Origin: Monocercomonoides exilis PA203
Lineage: Eukaryota; Protista; Preaxostyla
Assembly (NCBI GenBank): GCA_001643675.2
Contig: LSRY02000027.1
Span: 434,001-498,000, forward strand
DNA: 64,000 bases
Direction: 5' to 3'
The stretch's first letter is position 1; every line of letters starts with the position of its first letter. The notes beneath the pieces were generated by a model, which was given only the letters and a program-made list of their open reading frames with translations, made no database searches and was not told the DNA's origin. A program made the translations under genes and the position numbers. Of this stretch, positions 24,774 through 36,738 are shown piece after piece.

Positions 24774-24884
24774 TTTTGCAATTAAAAAATTTGATAATGG
24801 GGTAATAAACTGAAAATTTTTTATTGAAATTACAAATAAAACACTCCATATAAAAGAAGAAGAGGAAGAAAATATTAAATTTGA

Positions 24885-26861
24885 CTAATCTTCATCTTCT
24901 TCACAAATGAAACCTCCACCATAATCCTGATCATCTTCATCATATTCTTCTTCTGCAATTCTCATATCATCGCTTTCACGGAAAATATCTTGTCTAACAT
25001 CGTTATCATTCGACTCTGAATTAAACCGTTCTGCAGCGTCTTTGATTTCAGTTTCCACTGATGCAACGTTGCGCTCTTGTGGTATTTCAGAATAGCTGCA
25101 ACTGCTTTGATAGTAATTATTGCCCTCAGCTTCGGAGTTAATTGAATGCACACTACTTTCAGCCACAGCACGCTGCTGAAACGATGCTGGGTGATTGAAC
25201 GAGTCTTGGGGATAATTCACCCGCATGCCATTTTTCTGAGGATTGCTGTATGACATGGAGAAAGATGAGCGTGTGCTGGCATTTTGTGAGAGTCCAGCGC
25301 TGTCTGAAGTGGAAGAGGTGGATGAAGTGACAGAATCTGAAGAAAGCGGCGAAGTGTATTTATTGCTCTTTTTTGCGGCCTGCTTCAATGTCTTGCTTTG
25401 AAACTGTCCATTTGACATGTTATCTGAATTGTCTTTGCCTGGAGTCGCACCAAGTTGTGACTCAGTTTTTTCGTTCATGATGAATGGTGAAGTGAACTGC
25501 TCAACATCTTGTATGCTTCCACTCGACGCATTGTCTTCTCCGTCTGCTGAGCTCAGATGAGAATAACGAGAACCACGGGAAAGAAATGGTGACTGAAATG
25601 ATGAAGATGCATCCCCTGAAGAATGATCACTGAGCCGATCGGATTGTTGGTAGCCATTTACATTGTCATACGAAGAAGAAGAAGAAGAAGAAGATGAAGC
25701 GTATTCATTCGAACTTGCGCTTTTGCCAGCGTTTGAAGTGACGTTGTTGAATTTTTGATACTTTTTGGAAATGCAGTTACATGGCTTGTTTGAGATCAGT
25801 AGGAGCATTACAATCACAAAAATGAATTCACAAAAAAATGTGTTTATTAATGACAACACAAGTCGAACAACGTTTGGAAGCCTTGCAGCAGCTAATATCA
25901 TCAAAAAAATAGCTCGAAAAGAAAAGAACATCAAGCAGACAAGCATTTGCTTAAAAATTTTCTTTTTCATTTGATTTGCTGCATCCAACAAGGATAATTT
26001 TTTCATTCTTTGAAACAGTAATAATCCTATAATTTTTAGAAAAAAAATATCCAAACAATGAAATGTGTAAAAAGGCTTTTTCACACCATAAATTGTAAAC
26101 CCCAGTGCCATTAAAACATTTAATCCAACATTGTAATAAATCTCTACAGGATGCAAAACCTCTGGTTTTGATACAAAAAAAAGAGGCACAATTAGGCACA
26201 AAGGTACAATGTAGCAGAAAAGAGCAACAATCACCAATGTAACTGGAGTGAGTTTCGATTTGGCTCCAGTTGCATGAATGAGTGAAGCCCAATGCATTAT
26301 GATTAAAATGAAGCATGATAAAAAAACATAGCCAGCCATTGCAGAGATTAAAGCATGTATTGCCTCCTGACTGTTAATTTCTTTGCACATCAGTTTAAAG
26401 CCTCCACTACAAATAGCTCTATACAAATAATGATATTAAGAATGATAAAAATTTATTTATTTATTTTGAAATACGTTCTTGAGCATTGGTGATGAGCAAA
26501 CCTTAAAGTGTGAGAAACAGGAATAAGGCAATGAAATAAAAATTTAAAAGCAAAAATCTTATTTGAATGATTTATCATTGGTATGGCTTCAATTCTAATA
26601 AATTCTTCTATCCCGAATACACTTGTAATGATGAAAAAAACCCTAAAAACAACATCACAAAAATCACATTCAATATTCAGATGAATATGTAATCCAAACA
26701 TTTCACAATAACTGAGCTGCCCGCACAGAATAAGATTAGAATCTTTGATCTCAGATGTAAACATTGAACACAAAAATAAATAAATAAATAAATAAATAAA
26801 ATAAAATAAAAAAGAAAACACAAAAATTGATATGGGATAAACTGAAGAAAAATTCAATCAT
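24885..26861 (-). CDS. Seven-TM protein, THH1/TOM1/TOM3 (GPR137-like) type, with a long Ser-rich cytoplasmic tail; 5' end approximate
   Basis: Successive hydrophobic helices with motifs LIIMHWASLIH, GFTIYG|LLLF (intron 26086-26027), KKIF..VCLMFFSFRA and TFFCEFIFVIVML; ~290-aa Ser/acidic tail. Confidence 0.65.
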
Positions 26862-27013
26862 GTTTTTATTATTTCGCTAAATGTTAAAATAATCTTCAAA
26901 AAATTAATTGTAAGTGCAGTTTTAAAAATAATTTAAAACGAAAAACTATCAGAAGTGAGTTTTTTTGTAAGAAAAACCGAAAAATACATATAAACATAAA
27001 TCTTTCTTCTTCA

Positions 27014-28333
27014 TTACATCCTTCTGGATCTGGCAAACGTTTGAGTTTCAACAAGTCCAGTAAGCGCAACCTAAACGATATTCAAAATATGAAAAAAACA
27101 ATGAGTAAATAATTTAAAAAATATTATGAATAAAAAAAAAATAAAAATAAAAACTTAATAATTGTAACTCCTGCTTATTTCTTCGGAATACTCAAAAAAA
27201 TATATGCAATATCTTTCTCAGATCTCTTAATGCATACTGATTTTGTCGGAACACTCAAATCACTCGTTCCACTTGGTTTCCAAATCTTTTCGTGTGTAGT
27301 GTTTTTACCTGGAGTTTGCGTTTTATAAGTTCCTCCAGGTGGTATCACATATTCAGGAAACTTGTCTATTGTTCCTCGCATTGGCGACATAGACTTAAAA
27401 GGTACTGTTATAGCTTTTGTAGACTTTGGCACAGATTTTGATCGGACTTTTATACCTTCTTCAGAATAGACTTTTGGATCAAACACTCTATCACCATGAA
27501 TAGTTGATAGAAAAGGTTTAGTGATTGGCTTATTTTCCAGTTGTCCAACAACTTTCTTTTTAACTCCTCCATACGGATCAGGTTGATATTCAAATTCTTT
27601 TCCACCGATTGTTGTATGATAATAACCATAACTTCCTTTCTTTGGAGGATTTGTAATGAAATTACGAGGAGTTGCCTTTGTGTCCCCCTTTTTGACTTCT
27701 TTCACTCCTTCAGGCATATGTTCAGGTGGTTTTTGAAGTGTCCCGTAAAGGCTTCCTTTACCAACGCTACACAAAATATTGTACAAATAAAAAAATTTTT
27801 ATAAAAAATAACACATTTAAAATAGAATAAAAAATAGAAGAAAGTGAAGTCAAACGCCTTCTTTGGAGGACTTGCAGGAATAAAAGGTTTTAAAGGATGC
27901 TTTTTGGTCTCCTCAAGATGCTGTTTCCTTTCGTGAGCCAGCATATCAACATATGGAGTTCCCTTGATTCACATTCCAACCAATTATAAAAACAAACAAA
28001 TTATTCACATAAAACATGCAACCATTTAGCAGAATATTTATTATCTGCAAACAGATGCAAGAGGAACGTATTTCTTTTCGAGAAGTTGATTGTCTGTTCT
28101 TCCAACTTTTCCTGGATTTGTTAACATTTGTCTCCCCTTATATCTGTCATCAGTTGGCGGCGGCTTATCCGCTGTATATTTATCCTAAAAATATTAAAAA
28201 AATAACATTCATTATATTCTGGAACAAATAAATAAAATCATGCCCCAATCGTAATGTGAGATGGTTCGGAAAATGTATCAAATACATGCAAATCATGGCT
28301 TGCAGTATTTGCCAATTTATCTCCTGCAGACAT
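27014..28333 (-). CDS. CFAP96: Cilia- and flagella-associated protein 96 (C4orf47/UPF0602 family)
   Basis: Spliced FSEPSHITI-DKY...KGRQMLTNPGK...KPFIPASPPKKA-VGKGSLYGT...RNFITNPPKKGSYGYYHTTIG...IWKPSG, colinear with the recalled C4orf47 sequence; last exon VALTGLVETQTFARSRRM*. Confidence 0.82.
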
Positions 28334-28441
28334 TTCTTTAAACGGTTAATAATAACCTTATACCTGTTAATGGGAACATAACCGTAATAAATTACTTTTT
28401 ATTTTTATTCCATTATTGGCTTATCGATCAATAATCATTAA

Positions 28442-29120
28442 ATGGTTTATTCCGATTTAAAAACAAACAGAACTCTTATTTATTTTCATGTGTTACGTTT
28501 ATTTTTTTAAAAGGCAATTGATTTGATCGCAGGAGGAAGATCCAAGGTCACAAAGAAGACCCGCACAAACTCAAAAAACCCATACATGGCCATGCTCATA
28601 AAGGTTGGAGTTAACATTACAACAACATCTAATATAATTTTTATTTTAATATTGTATATACATTCAGTTGTACACATTTCTCGCAAGACGTACTAGATCT
28701 AAGTTCAACAAACTTATTCTTCATCGTCTGATTAAATCAAGAACAGTTCGTGCTCCAATGACCGTGAGCAAAATTGCTCGTTTGATGAAAAGACAAAAGA
28801 GAAAGACAGCTGTTGTTGTCGCAACTGTCACTGATGATATTCGTCTTCTTGATCTCCCAAGATTGCGTATTGCTGCTCTTCGCTTCACGCAAACAGCACG
28901 TGCACGCATCATCAGAGCTGGAGGTATTTGCATGACCATTGACCAACTTGCCATGAAATACCCAACAGGCAAAAACACTGTCCTTCTTCGTGGACCACTC
29001 AAGGCACGTAAATCATACAGATACTTCGGACAAGCAGCTGGTCTTCCACACTCACACACAAGACCAAGAACACTCTCGAAGATTTCAGAGAGACAAAGAG
29101 GTTTCAAGGGAAGCAAGTAA
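28442..29120 (+). CDS. RPL18: 60S ribosomal protein L18 (eL18)
   Basis: ATG|intron 28445-28513|AIDLIAGGRSKVTKKTRTNSKNPYMAMLIK|intron 28604-28667|LYTFLARRTRSKFNK...TAVVVATVTDDIRL...ARARIIRAGG...TIDQLA..PTGKNTVLLRGP. Confidence 0.95.
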
Positions 29121-29435
29121 ACCAGATATTGCATTTGTTTTTATTGGAATTTTTCTTCAATTTGCATTTCATAAAACACTGATAATCTTCCTCTTCAAGC
29201 TGATGGTTTGTTGTAGGCAAGCATTAAACATGAAAGTTAATGGAAACAAATTTTAAATGGAATGATTTTCTTTTTAATAATAAAAATTTCTGAATTCATT
29301 TTATACAAAATTATAAACAACAGAAGTGATAATTTTTGAAGAATTTTATAATCTTGTTTTTTTAATAATTTCAAACGTAAAAAATCTTAAAATATTTGAA
29401 ATGAGGTGTTCAAAAACACCAAGAAAATTAAACTT

Positions 29436-30023
29436 TAAAAAGAAGTTTTAATGATTTTCACAAAATTATTAAAAGAGAGGATGTTCAAGCACGCTCAGCT
29501 CTGATTCTCCTTGCCAGCTGCATGTCTTTCGGCATGATTGTAACACGCTTTGCATGGATGGCACACAAGTTGGTATCTTCAAACAATCCAACGAGATAAG
29601 CTTCGCATGCTTCCTGCAGTGCTGCAACTGCCGAGCTTTGGAACCTCAAATCAGTTTTGTATTCTTGTGCAATCTCACGAACAAGACGCTGGAACGGAAG
29701 CTTTCTGATCAACAGCTCCGTGCTCTTCTGATACTTTCTGATTTCACGAAGTGCCACGGTACCTGGACGGAAACGATGGGGCTTCTTCACACCACCAGCT
29801 GCAGCTGCTGTTTTGCGTGCTGCCTTTGAAGCGAGTTGCTTGCGTGGGGCCTTCACACCAATTTGCTTGCGAGATACTTGCTTTGTTCTAACCATCTATA
29901 ATATTTCGAGTTGCGAATAAACAACAGTGTTTATGAAATTATGTTTTTCATAATTATCAGCAAGTTATATATCACCACTATATGGAACAGATCAGTTTGT
30001 GCGCAGTTTCTCGCCCATAATAT
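29436..30023. repeat. Left arm of a 588-bp inverted duplication (H3 plus flanks)
   Basis: Reverse complement of 35877-36464, including ~128 bp upstream and ~49 bp downstream non-coding DNA; no differences seen by eye. Confidence 0.92.
29485..29895 (-). CDS. H3: Histone H3 (copy 1)
   Basis: Canonical histone fold [40 protein letters not shown]...; intronless. Confidence 0.98.
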   Translation of the reverse strand: MVRTKQVSRKQIGVKAPRKQLASKAARKTAAAAGGVKKPHRFRPGTVALREIRKYQKSTELLIRKLPFQRLVREIAQEYKTDLRFQSSAVAALQEACEAYLVGLFEDTNLCAIHAKRVTIMPKDMQLARRIRAERA

Positions 30024-31625
30024 AAAATTGAATATCAAATTTTTAAAAAATAACAATATAAATAAAGATTATTGAAACACTTTTATAAAATTGAATTTTT
30101 TATCTATTGATTGCGAATCAAATATTAAAATATTTTTTCTTGTTTTATTTTTGAATTGTTATCTTATATTTATTATTAATTGAGATGAGTTCATTATTTG
30201 TTTGAAAACTGTAATGAGAGTTAAAAGATTATTTTGCAAATATTGTGATAGTATTTAAGTCCAATTTTTTGACTGAAAAAAAATAGAATAAGTCTGTTGT
30301 TTTATTGTTTCTTTTTTCTCACTCAATGTTAATTTTTTTTTTGTTTGAAGAATTCATTCAACTGAATTTTTCGATTTGGGGGAATAAACAAAACACTTTC
30401 GTGATTGAAACAACGAATAATGCGTCCAAGTCTGCACAAAAGAAAGCATCATGGCATATAGTTTTTAATTAATAAATTTTATTTAAAACAGCCTAGAAAA
30501 ACAAACAAATAATTGTTTTTTTAAATAAATATAATCATAATTTCACTACGAGCAACTTCCCACAGCAATAAATGTTAATACATAAAAGTAATGACGCTCT
30601 AACATATCGCATGTTCGCATATGTAGTTTTTGCTTGAAAAATAAAACAAAAACCAAAACACAAAAGCAAGAAATTTCATTAACTTGAATGAAACATTCAA
30701 AAAGTTGTATAATGAGTAACTGTGAGATGAATATAAACAAACAATCAGCTAAATCTGCCAAACATTTCTTTTCTCCGAATAGTTCAGCAAAAAAAGCACT
30801 AAAACTTAAATGATTTGAAAAGAGGGCTGCAAACAGAAATGCAATGAGAATTCTTCGGTTAAGCAGAAGTTTGTAACAAAAAAAAATAAAAATAAAAATA
30901 AAAATAATGTTTGACAAAACAGGTTATCAAATTGGAAAGAAAAACTAACCATCAAATTCTCAAAACACATTTCACAAATTCACGCTTCGCATTAACAGTT
31001 CAAAATTATTTGAATTTAAAATCAAAATTTTAACGAATTTCATAAGAAAATAATAAACAAAACACAAAAGATCAAGCAATAAACAAAATAATTACAATTA
31101 GAATTAACGAAAAGCATTATGAAAAAATAATTTCTAAGCCAAATGAACATATACAGTTAAAAATCTTCAACTTTGTAAAATACATCATAGAAAATTAATA
31201 TTTATTAAAATAAACGTGAAACAATAAGAATACCAAAACATTAAGATAATCAAAGAAGGAATACTTTAATGAAAAAAAGTTATCTAATTCAAAGGAAAAA
31301 GTGAAAAAGCAAAACACTCGAAAAAGAGCTATGTTTGAAAAAAGAAATTACGCAAAAATTAAAATATTAACTGCAGCAATGTGCTAATGTCAGCATCAAA
31401 AATAAAAAATGTTAAATAAAAATGAAAAGGTTTTAAAAAAATGCAACTGAAGCGCAAGACACATTAATAATTCCTCAAATTTTTGGAATGCAAATGATTA
31501 ACGTTTAGCAGCTAAATTCATTGCAAAAAATATAATTACAGGCACTGAAGTGAATAGTTTACAAAGCATATTATAATTGCATTAACTTTTAATTGTTTTT
31601 CTGTTGAAAGAATTCGTCTTCAAAT

Positions 31626-32506
31626 CTATTCAGAAAACTCTGGTTCATTTATAATCATTCCGCCAACCAAAGTTACAAACATCTCTAAAAAATCACTTTC
31701 CTCCATCATCATCCGAAATGACAGACGCTCCAAGAAAACTAGTTCAGATTGATTTACAACAGATAATGGAATTCGAAATAGTTTTGCCCACCAACTATTT
31801 CTGAAAGGAACATCTCGATCCATTTTGACAGAAAGAAGCATTCCGCACATCAACAATGTACCCAAATTATCTTCTGTAACAAGCGTTACAGGAGAATGAC
31901 AAATATTTTCTTCTTCTATCTCAATAAGTTGATAAAATAGATAGATTGAGTGAATAATTTCTCCAATTGATATTGGAGCGTAATGGCAAACAAAGTGAAA
32001 AAGATGTCGAGTTTTATCGCGAATTGACTTTCCGTGAAGAGTTAAATATTTATCAAAATTTTTCAAAGTTGGATCAGACGGAACCTCACCAGAAAAAAGA
32101 TCATTGAGAACAGGTTGTATCAAAATGCAAATTGAATTCGATGCAATTATCAAAAATTCCATTGATGGCCGTTGCTGCGCAATTGCTATTGATACCTCTT
32201 TTTCTGATAAATGATGTTTTGGAGAAAATGGAGTTGTTGACTTCGGAGGAATCGAAGCTGGAGATGCAGGAGCAATATTAGCGGTTAGTGGAAATGAAAC
32301 TTTAACACTGAGATATTCGGAATATGAATTTTTCGTATTATTTGCATAAAAGTTTTATTTAAAAAAAGATTAATCATCAAAATGAATTTTTATTTCACAT
32401 CAATAAAAACAAACTCAACGGGGGAATCAGTTTCGGTGAATGAACTTGATATCTGAATAGAAGGTTTTGGATATATGATTTCGATTAAACTGCTGTCCAT
32501 CGTCAT
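31626..32506 (-). CDS. PHO80/P-type cyclin-like protein (second paralog)
   Basis: GEIIHSIYLFYQL...NLGTLLMCGMLLSVKMDRDVPFRNSWWAKLF...VVNQSELVFLERLSF; exon 1 MTMDSSLIEII joined in frame through a phase-2 GTTTGT...CAG intron. Confidence 0.8.
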
Positions 32507-32724
32507 GTGTGAATCTCTTTCCCACAATTTTTTATAAATGCTGAGTATGGGTCTTTTTGTCTTTTCGAAATGTGGGCATATAATTATTGATAAAATATTT
32601 ATTTAAAAAAATGTTTGTGTTATAATTCTAAACTAAAATCAGCTTTTATGATGAATATTAGACATTTGGATTGCAAAACAACACTTCCTTTAATCAAAAA
32701 AGACATGATGAAGACTCAATTATT

Positions 32725-33784
32725 TCAATCTGCTGTCTGAATTGGAAAATACACTCCTTCTGCGGTTTTCCATTTATTTTCTGCATCGTCAGCATTGTCA
32801 AATGCTAATTTTTAACGAAATTTGAAAAGATAACAAAGAAATTGTCACAATCCAAAACAAACGAAATTATATTATCAACAAAAACATTGTTCTTTTAATA
32901 AGCATCAAACTTAAATAGTTGCAAACCTGTAACTTCAATCTGATTTGTCAGAGGGGGATTGTACATATTTGATTTATGTGCGAATAAATATTTCTTTGTT
33001 GCCACATGCTGAAACAATTTGTGAATTTTATAAATATTGTTTATTTCAAAAGAAAGCAATTCAAACGCAAACCTGAAGCATAACAGGGGCTCCTCGATTC
33101 CAAATATCGTTATTGTGCTTATTTGGAATACAAATCAATTTCCAATTATCCACTGGTGTTGAGGTATTGAAAATAAAAATATTATCGTTCAATTTGTCAT
33201 TGTATCTGAAACAATAATTAGCAAACTTGAATCTCCAACTCCTTTATCACCAAAGCAACTAACCTCTTGTTGAGATGAAATAGGAGATTTAAAATTATGA
33301 GAATGTAAATTTCTTTTTGTGCTCACATGCTCAAGACGAATTTCATCACCACATTTCACAGGAGTTCTTTTGAGAGTGAAAAAAAAATAAGAAGAAAATA
33401 AATAAACAAGCATTACCCTCTTTTGTAAGTTTTGCCATTTTCTGCTTTCACAAGCCACAATGAGTTTGGATCATCACCTTTCGGATAACCGGTTACAGAT
33501 TGTTGATAACTTCCTTGACCTTTGAATAAATCAAATGTTTTTAATATTTCAAACGCGAAATGTTGCACATGTATTTTGAATTTTTCCGTTATGCAATAAA
33601 AAAAATACAAACCATATGGTACTTCATGAGAATGAAGCCGATGTTTTGAACTGATGTGCTGAAGCTTTATTGATGAACCATACGTAACAGCATCAATAAT
33701 ATTCACATCTTTATCTGAAGAACAATTAACTTTAAAGGTAGCAAAAGCAACAATCAATATCAAATTCAGAAATGAAAATTGCAT
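32725..33784 (-). CDS. SDF2: SDF2/SDF2L1-like MIR-domain ER protein
   Basis: Signal peptide; VTYGSSIKLQH..HRLHSHEVPYG-QGSYQQSVTG..DPNSLW; PVKCGDEIRLEHVSTKRNLHSHNFKSPISSQQEVSCFG; KWKTAEGVYF; several short introns. Confidence 0.9.
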
Positions 33785-33814
33785 CAATTATAAATAAAAT
33801 TATGTTTTTATAAA

Positions 33815-35161
33815 ATGCTATGGTTTATGATCATTATTTTTATGCTTGCATTTTTGCTTTTTTACTTATTTCATGGTAGTTCCACAACATTTGTCAATGT
33901 TGTAATGCCTATTAATACTGTGTCTTACAATGGCCAATTGAATGAAAGCGCTTGCCGAAGTTTTGGTATTTTGAAAAGTGCTGGGGTTCATGGAGTTAAG
34001 ATTAATGTTTGTTGGGGAATATGTGAAAAAAATCCCAAGCAATATAATTTTGAAGCGTATAAGCATTTGGCTGATTTGTGCGGGCAAGCAGGGCTGAAGC
34101 TTCAATGTTTTATGAGCTTTCACAAATGTGGAGAAAGTGTTGGCGATGATTTAATTGTACCAATCCCTATATGGGCACGAAGAGGAAATGAATTGTTTTT
34201 TCGAGACAAGCATGGTCACGATGGCGATGAATATATCTCAATTGCAGTTGATAATGAACCAGTACTTGATGGTCGAACTCCAATTCAGGTTTACGTCGAT
34301 TTCATGAAAGCATTTAGACAAGCAATGGGGCATAGAATAGGAACGATAATTGATGAAATTCAAATTGGTCTTGGTCCCCGTGGCGAATTGAGATATCCAG
34401 GTTATCAACTTGATCGATGGAGTTATCCTGGAATTGGAGAGTTTCAAGCTTTTTCTCCAAGAATGATTGCAATGTTCCAAAATGCCTCAATTAAGGCAGG
34501 ACATCCAGAATGGGTCTCTCCTCCTGTAAATGCTGGAAGTTATAATTCTAATCCAGATGATAACGATAATCTCTTTTTCAAATCGGAATTTGGTGAGTAT
34601 TGCACAGAATATGGAAGGTTTTTCGCAAATTGGTATTCTAATCTATTGCTTGAGCACTCACTAAGAATTTTGAAGCCCGCTGTTTCAATGTTCAAGTCTC
34701 CGTCATGCGATGTTGCGATGAAAATAACCGGAATTTATTGGTGGTATGCACATTCCTCTCATGCAGCAGAAATGACATCAGGATATGTCAATGGAAATGG
34801 ACTTAATGGAACGAACTTTTATGATCGTATTACGTCACTTTGCAAAGAGCTGGGGGTTGTGCTCAATTTTAATTGCTTTGAGATGTCCAATGACGAAGTG
34901 GGCCGTGCATTTGGTGCAGATCCTGAAAGCTTGGTGAAGCAAATCATATCATCTGCTTATCAAAATGATGCAAGATTATCATCTGAAAATACACAGGTTA
35001 GATACGACGATAAAGCGGTTAATAGAATCATCCACAATTCTTGCAATAATGGAGGAAAAGTTGAATCTTTCTCTTTTCAAAAGTTGAATGATCAGCTTGT
35101 ATACAACAACGATAACCTGAGAAGATTCAAGAGATTGATAAATTCTTTGAAAGATTGCTGA
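33815..35161 (+). CDS. Beta-amylase-like protein (GH14), secreted or membrane-anchored, intronless
   Basis: MSFHKCGESVGD, GRTPIQVYVDFMKAF, GLGPRGELRYP, GIGEFQ, HAAEMTSGY and SEN motifs; hydrophobic N-terminus. Confidence 0.93.
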   Translation: MLWFMIIIFMLAFLLFYLFHGSSTTFVNVVMPINTVSYNGQLNESACRSFGILKSAGVHGVKINVCWGICEKNPKQYNFEAYKHLADLCGQAGLKLQCFMSFHKCGESVGDDLIVPIPIWARRGNELFFRDKHGHDGDEYISIAVDNEPVLDGRTPIQVYVDFMKAFRQAMGHRIGTIIDEIQIGLGPRGELRYPGYQLDRWSYPGIGEFQAFSPRMIAMFQNASIKAGHPEWVSPPVNAGSYNSNPDDNDNLFFKSEFGEYCTEYGRFFANWYSNLLLEHSLRILKPAVSMFKSPSCDVAMKITGIYWWYAHSSHAAEMTSGYVNGNGLNGTNFYDRITSLCKELGVVLNFNCFEMSNDEVGRAFGADPESLVKQIISSAYQNDARLSSENTQVRYDDKAVNRIIHNSCNNGGKVESFSFQKLNDQLVYNNDNLRRFKRLINSLKDC

Positions 35162-35876
35162 TATTCTTTTTCATTTTTTTTTTTTTTTCTTTATTGATGC
35201 AATTACTCGAGTTTTGAAAGATTTTTGTTTCATATTGCTTTACTATTTATTTGTAAATATTTCATCGTTATATGTTTGTTGTTTAAACATAATAAGTACT
35301 GTCTTTTTTAGTTTATTTAATTGATTGTCTATGTATTACATTATTGAAAGATATTTGGAATAAATAATTTTGTTTGAAAATTGTTTTATTCAACGTTTTC
35401 ATTTCAATTCAATTTTTTATTTTTTTACAATTAGAAATAGATTTTTTTTTCAATGTATGTTAAAATCAAAAGAGTAGATTTTTACGTAAAAGATAAAAAG
35501 GAAAATGCGATTGGGAACGATTGATTGTTAGAATTTATCAAAAATGTGTGAAAATGAAACAAAATTAAATAAAGTGAACAACAACTTCGAAAAGGAATGA
35601 AATTCACTGCAATAATTCGAATTTTTGTAAACAATTTCATCAGTGTATTTTATAAATTCAAAAACATATATAATTGTTGATAAAATACGAAAATTTTGGA
35701 AGAATTTCGGAAAAAAACATTCATGCTCCAAATTTTTGAAATAAAATATTTAAACAAAAAATTAAAAAAAAAAAGACATTTTGAGAATTTGACAATAACA
35801 AAAGACATCAATTCGTGTAAACAAAATTAAATCAACAAACTAAAAACCATCAAAACAAAAATATTATTAAATGATA

Positions 35877-36464
35877 ATATTATGGGCGAGAAACTGCGCA
35901 CAAACTGATCTGTTCCATATAGTGGTGATATATAACTTGCTGATAATTATGAAAAACATAATTTCATAAACACTGTTGTTTATTCGCAACTCGAAATATT
36001 ATAGATGGTTAGAACAAAGCAAGTATCTCGCAAGCAAATTGGTGTGAAGGCCCCACGCAAGCAACTCGCTTCAAAGGCAGCACGCAAAACAGCAGCTGCA
36101 GCTGGTGGTGTGAAGAAGCCCCATCGTTTCCGTCCAGGTACCGTGGCACTTCGTGAAATCAGAAAGTATCAGAAGAGCACGGAGCTGTTGATCAGAAAGC
36201 TTCCGTTCCAGCGTCTTGTTCGTGAGATTGCACAAGAATACAAAACTGATTTGAGGTTCCAAAGCTCGGCAGTTGCAGCACTGCAGGAAGCATGCGAAGC
36301 TTATCTCGTTGGATTGTTTGAAGATACCAACTTGTGTGCCATCCATGCAAAGCGTGTTACAATCATGCCGAAAGACATGCAGCTGGCAAGGAGAATCAGA
36401 GCTGAGCGTGCTTGAACATCCTCTCTTTTAATAATTTTGTGAAAATCATTAAAACTTCTTTTTA
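35877..36464. repeat. Right arm of the 588-bp inverted duplication (H3 plus flanks)
   Basis: Reverse complement of 29436-30023. Confidence 0.92.
36005..36415 (+). CDS. H3: Histone H3 (copy 2, identical to copy 1)
   Basis: Identical 136-aa translation. Confidence 0.98.
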   Translation: MVRTKQVSRKQIGVKAPRKQLASKAARKTAAAAGGVKKPHRFRPGTVALREIRKYQKSTELLIRKLPFQRLVREIAQEYKTDLRFQSSAVAALQEACEAYLVGLFEDTNLCAIHAKRVTIMPKDMQLARRIRAERA

Positions 36465-36738
36465 CGTTTGTTTGTTGTTATATTTTTCAAATTATAAATA
36501 ACAAAAGGAAAAACTTATGAAATAATTTTATTTTTAAAAAATCAAAAATTCAAAAAAATATTTTATCAACAGCCAAAAAGTTAGTTGTTAACAATTTTAT
36601 TTATTCCAATGAAATGGTATTAATTTGTGATTGTGGATAATTTTGTGTGCGTTTAACACTTTTTGCATATTCAGTAATTTTCTGTGGATTTTGTAGTTAT
36701 GGGTTTGATCTAACCGTTAGAATAGAAAAAATTATCAC

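Noticed and set aside
29554-29829. 91-aa ORF duplicated at 36071-36346
   Set aside because: Antisense of the duplicated H3 genes.
30546-30917. 123-aa hydrophobic ORF
   Set aside because: Phe/Ile/Leu bias expected from T-rich non-coding DNA; non-ATG start.
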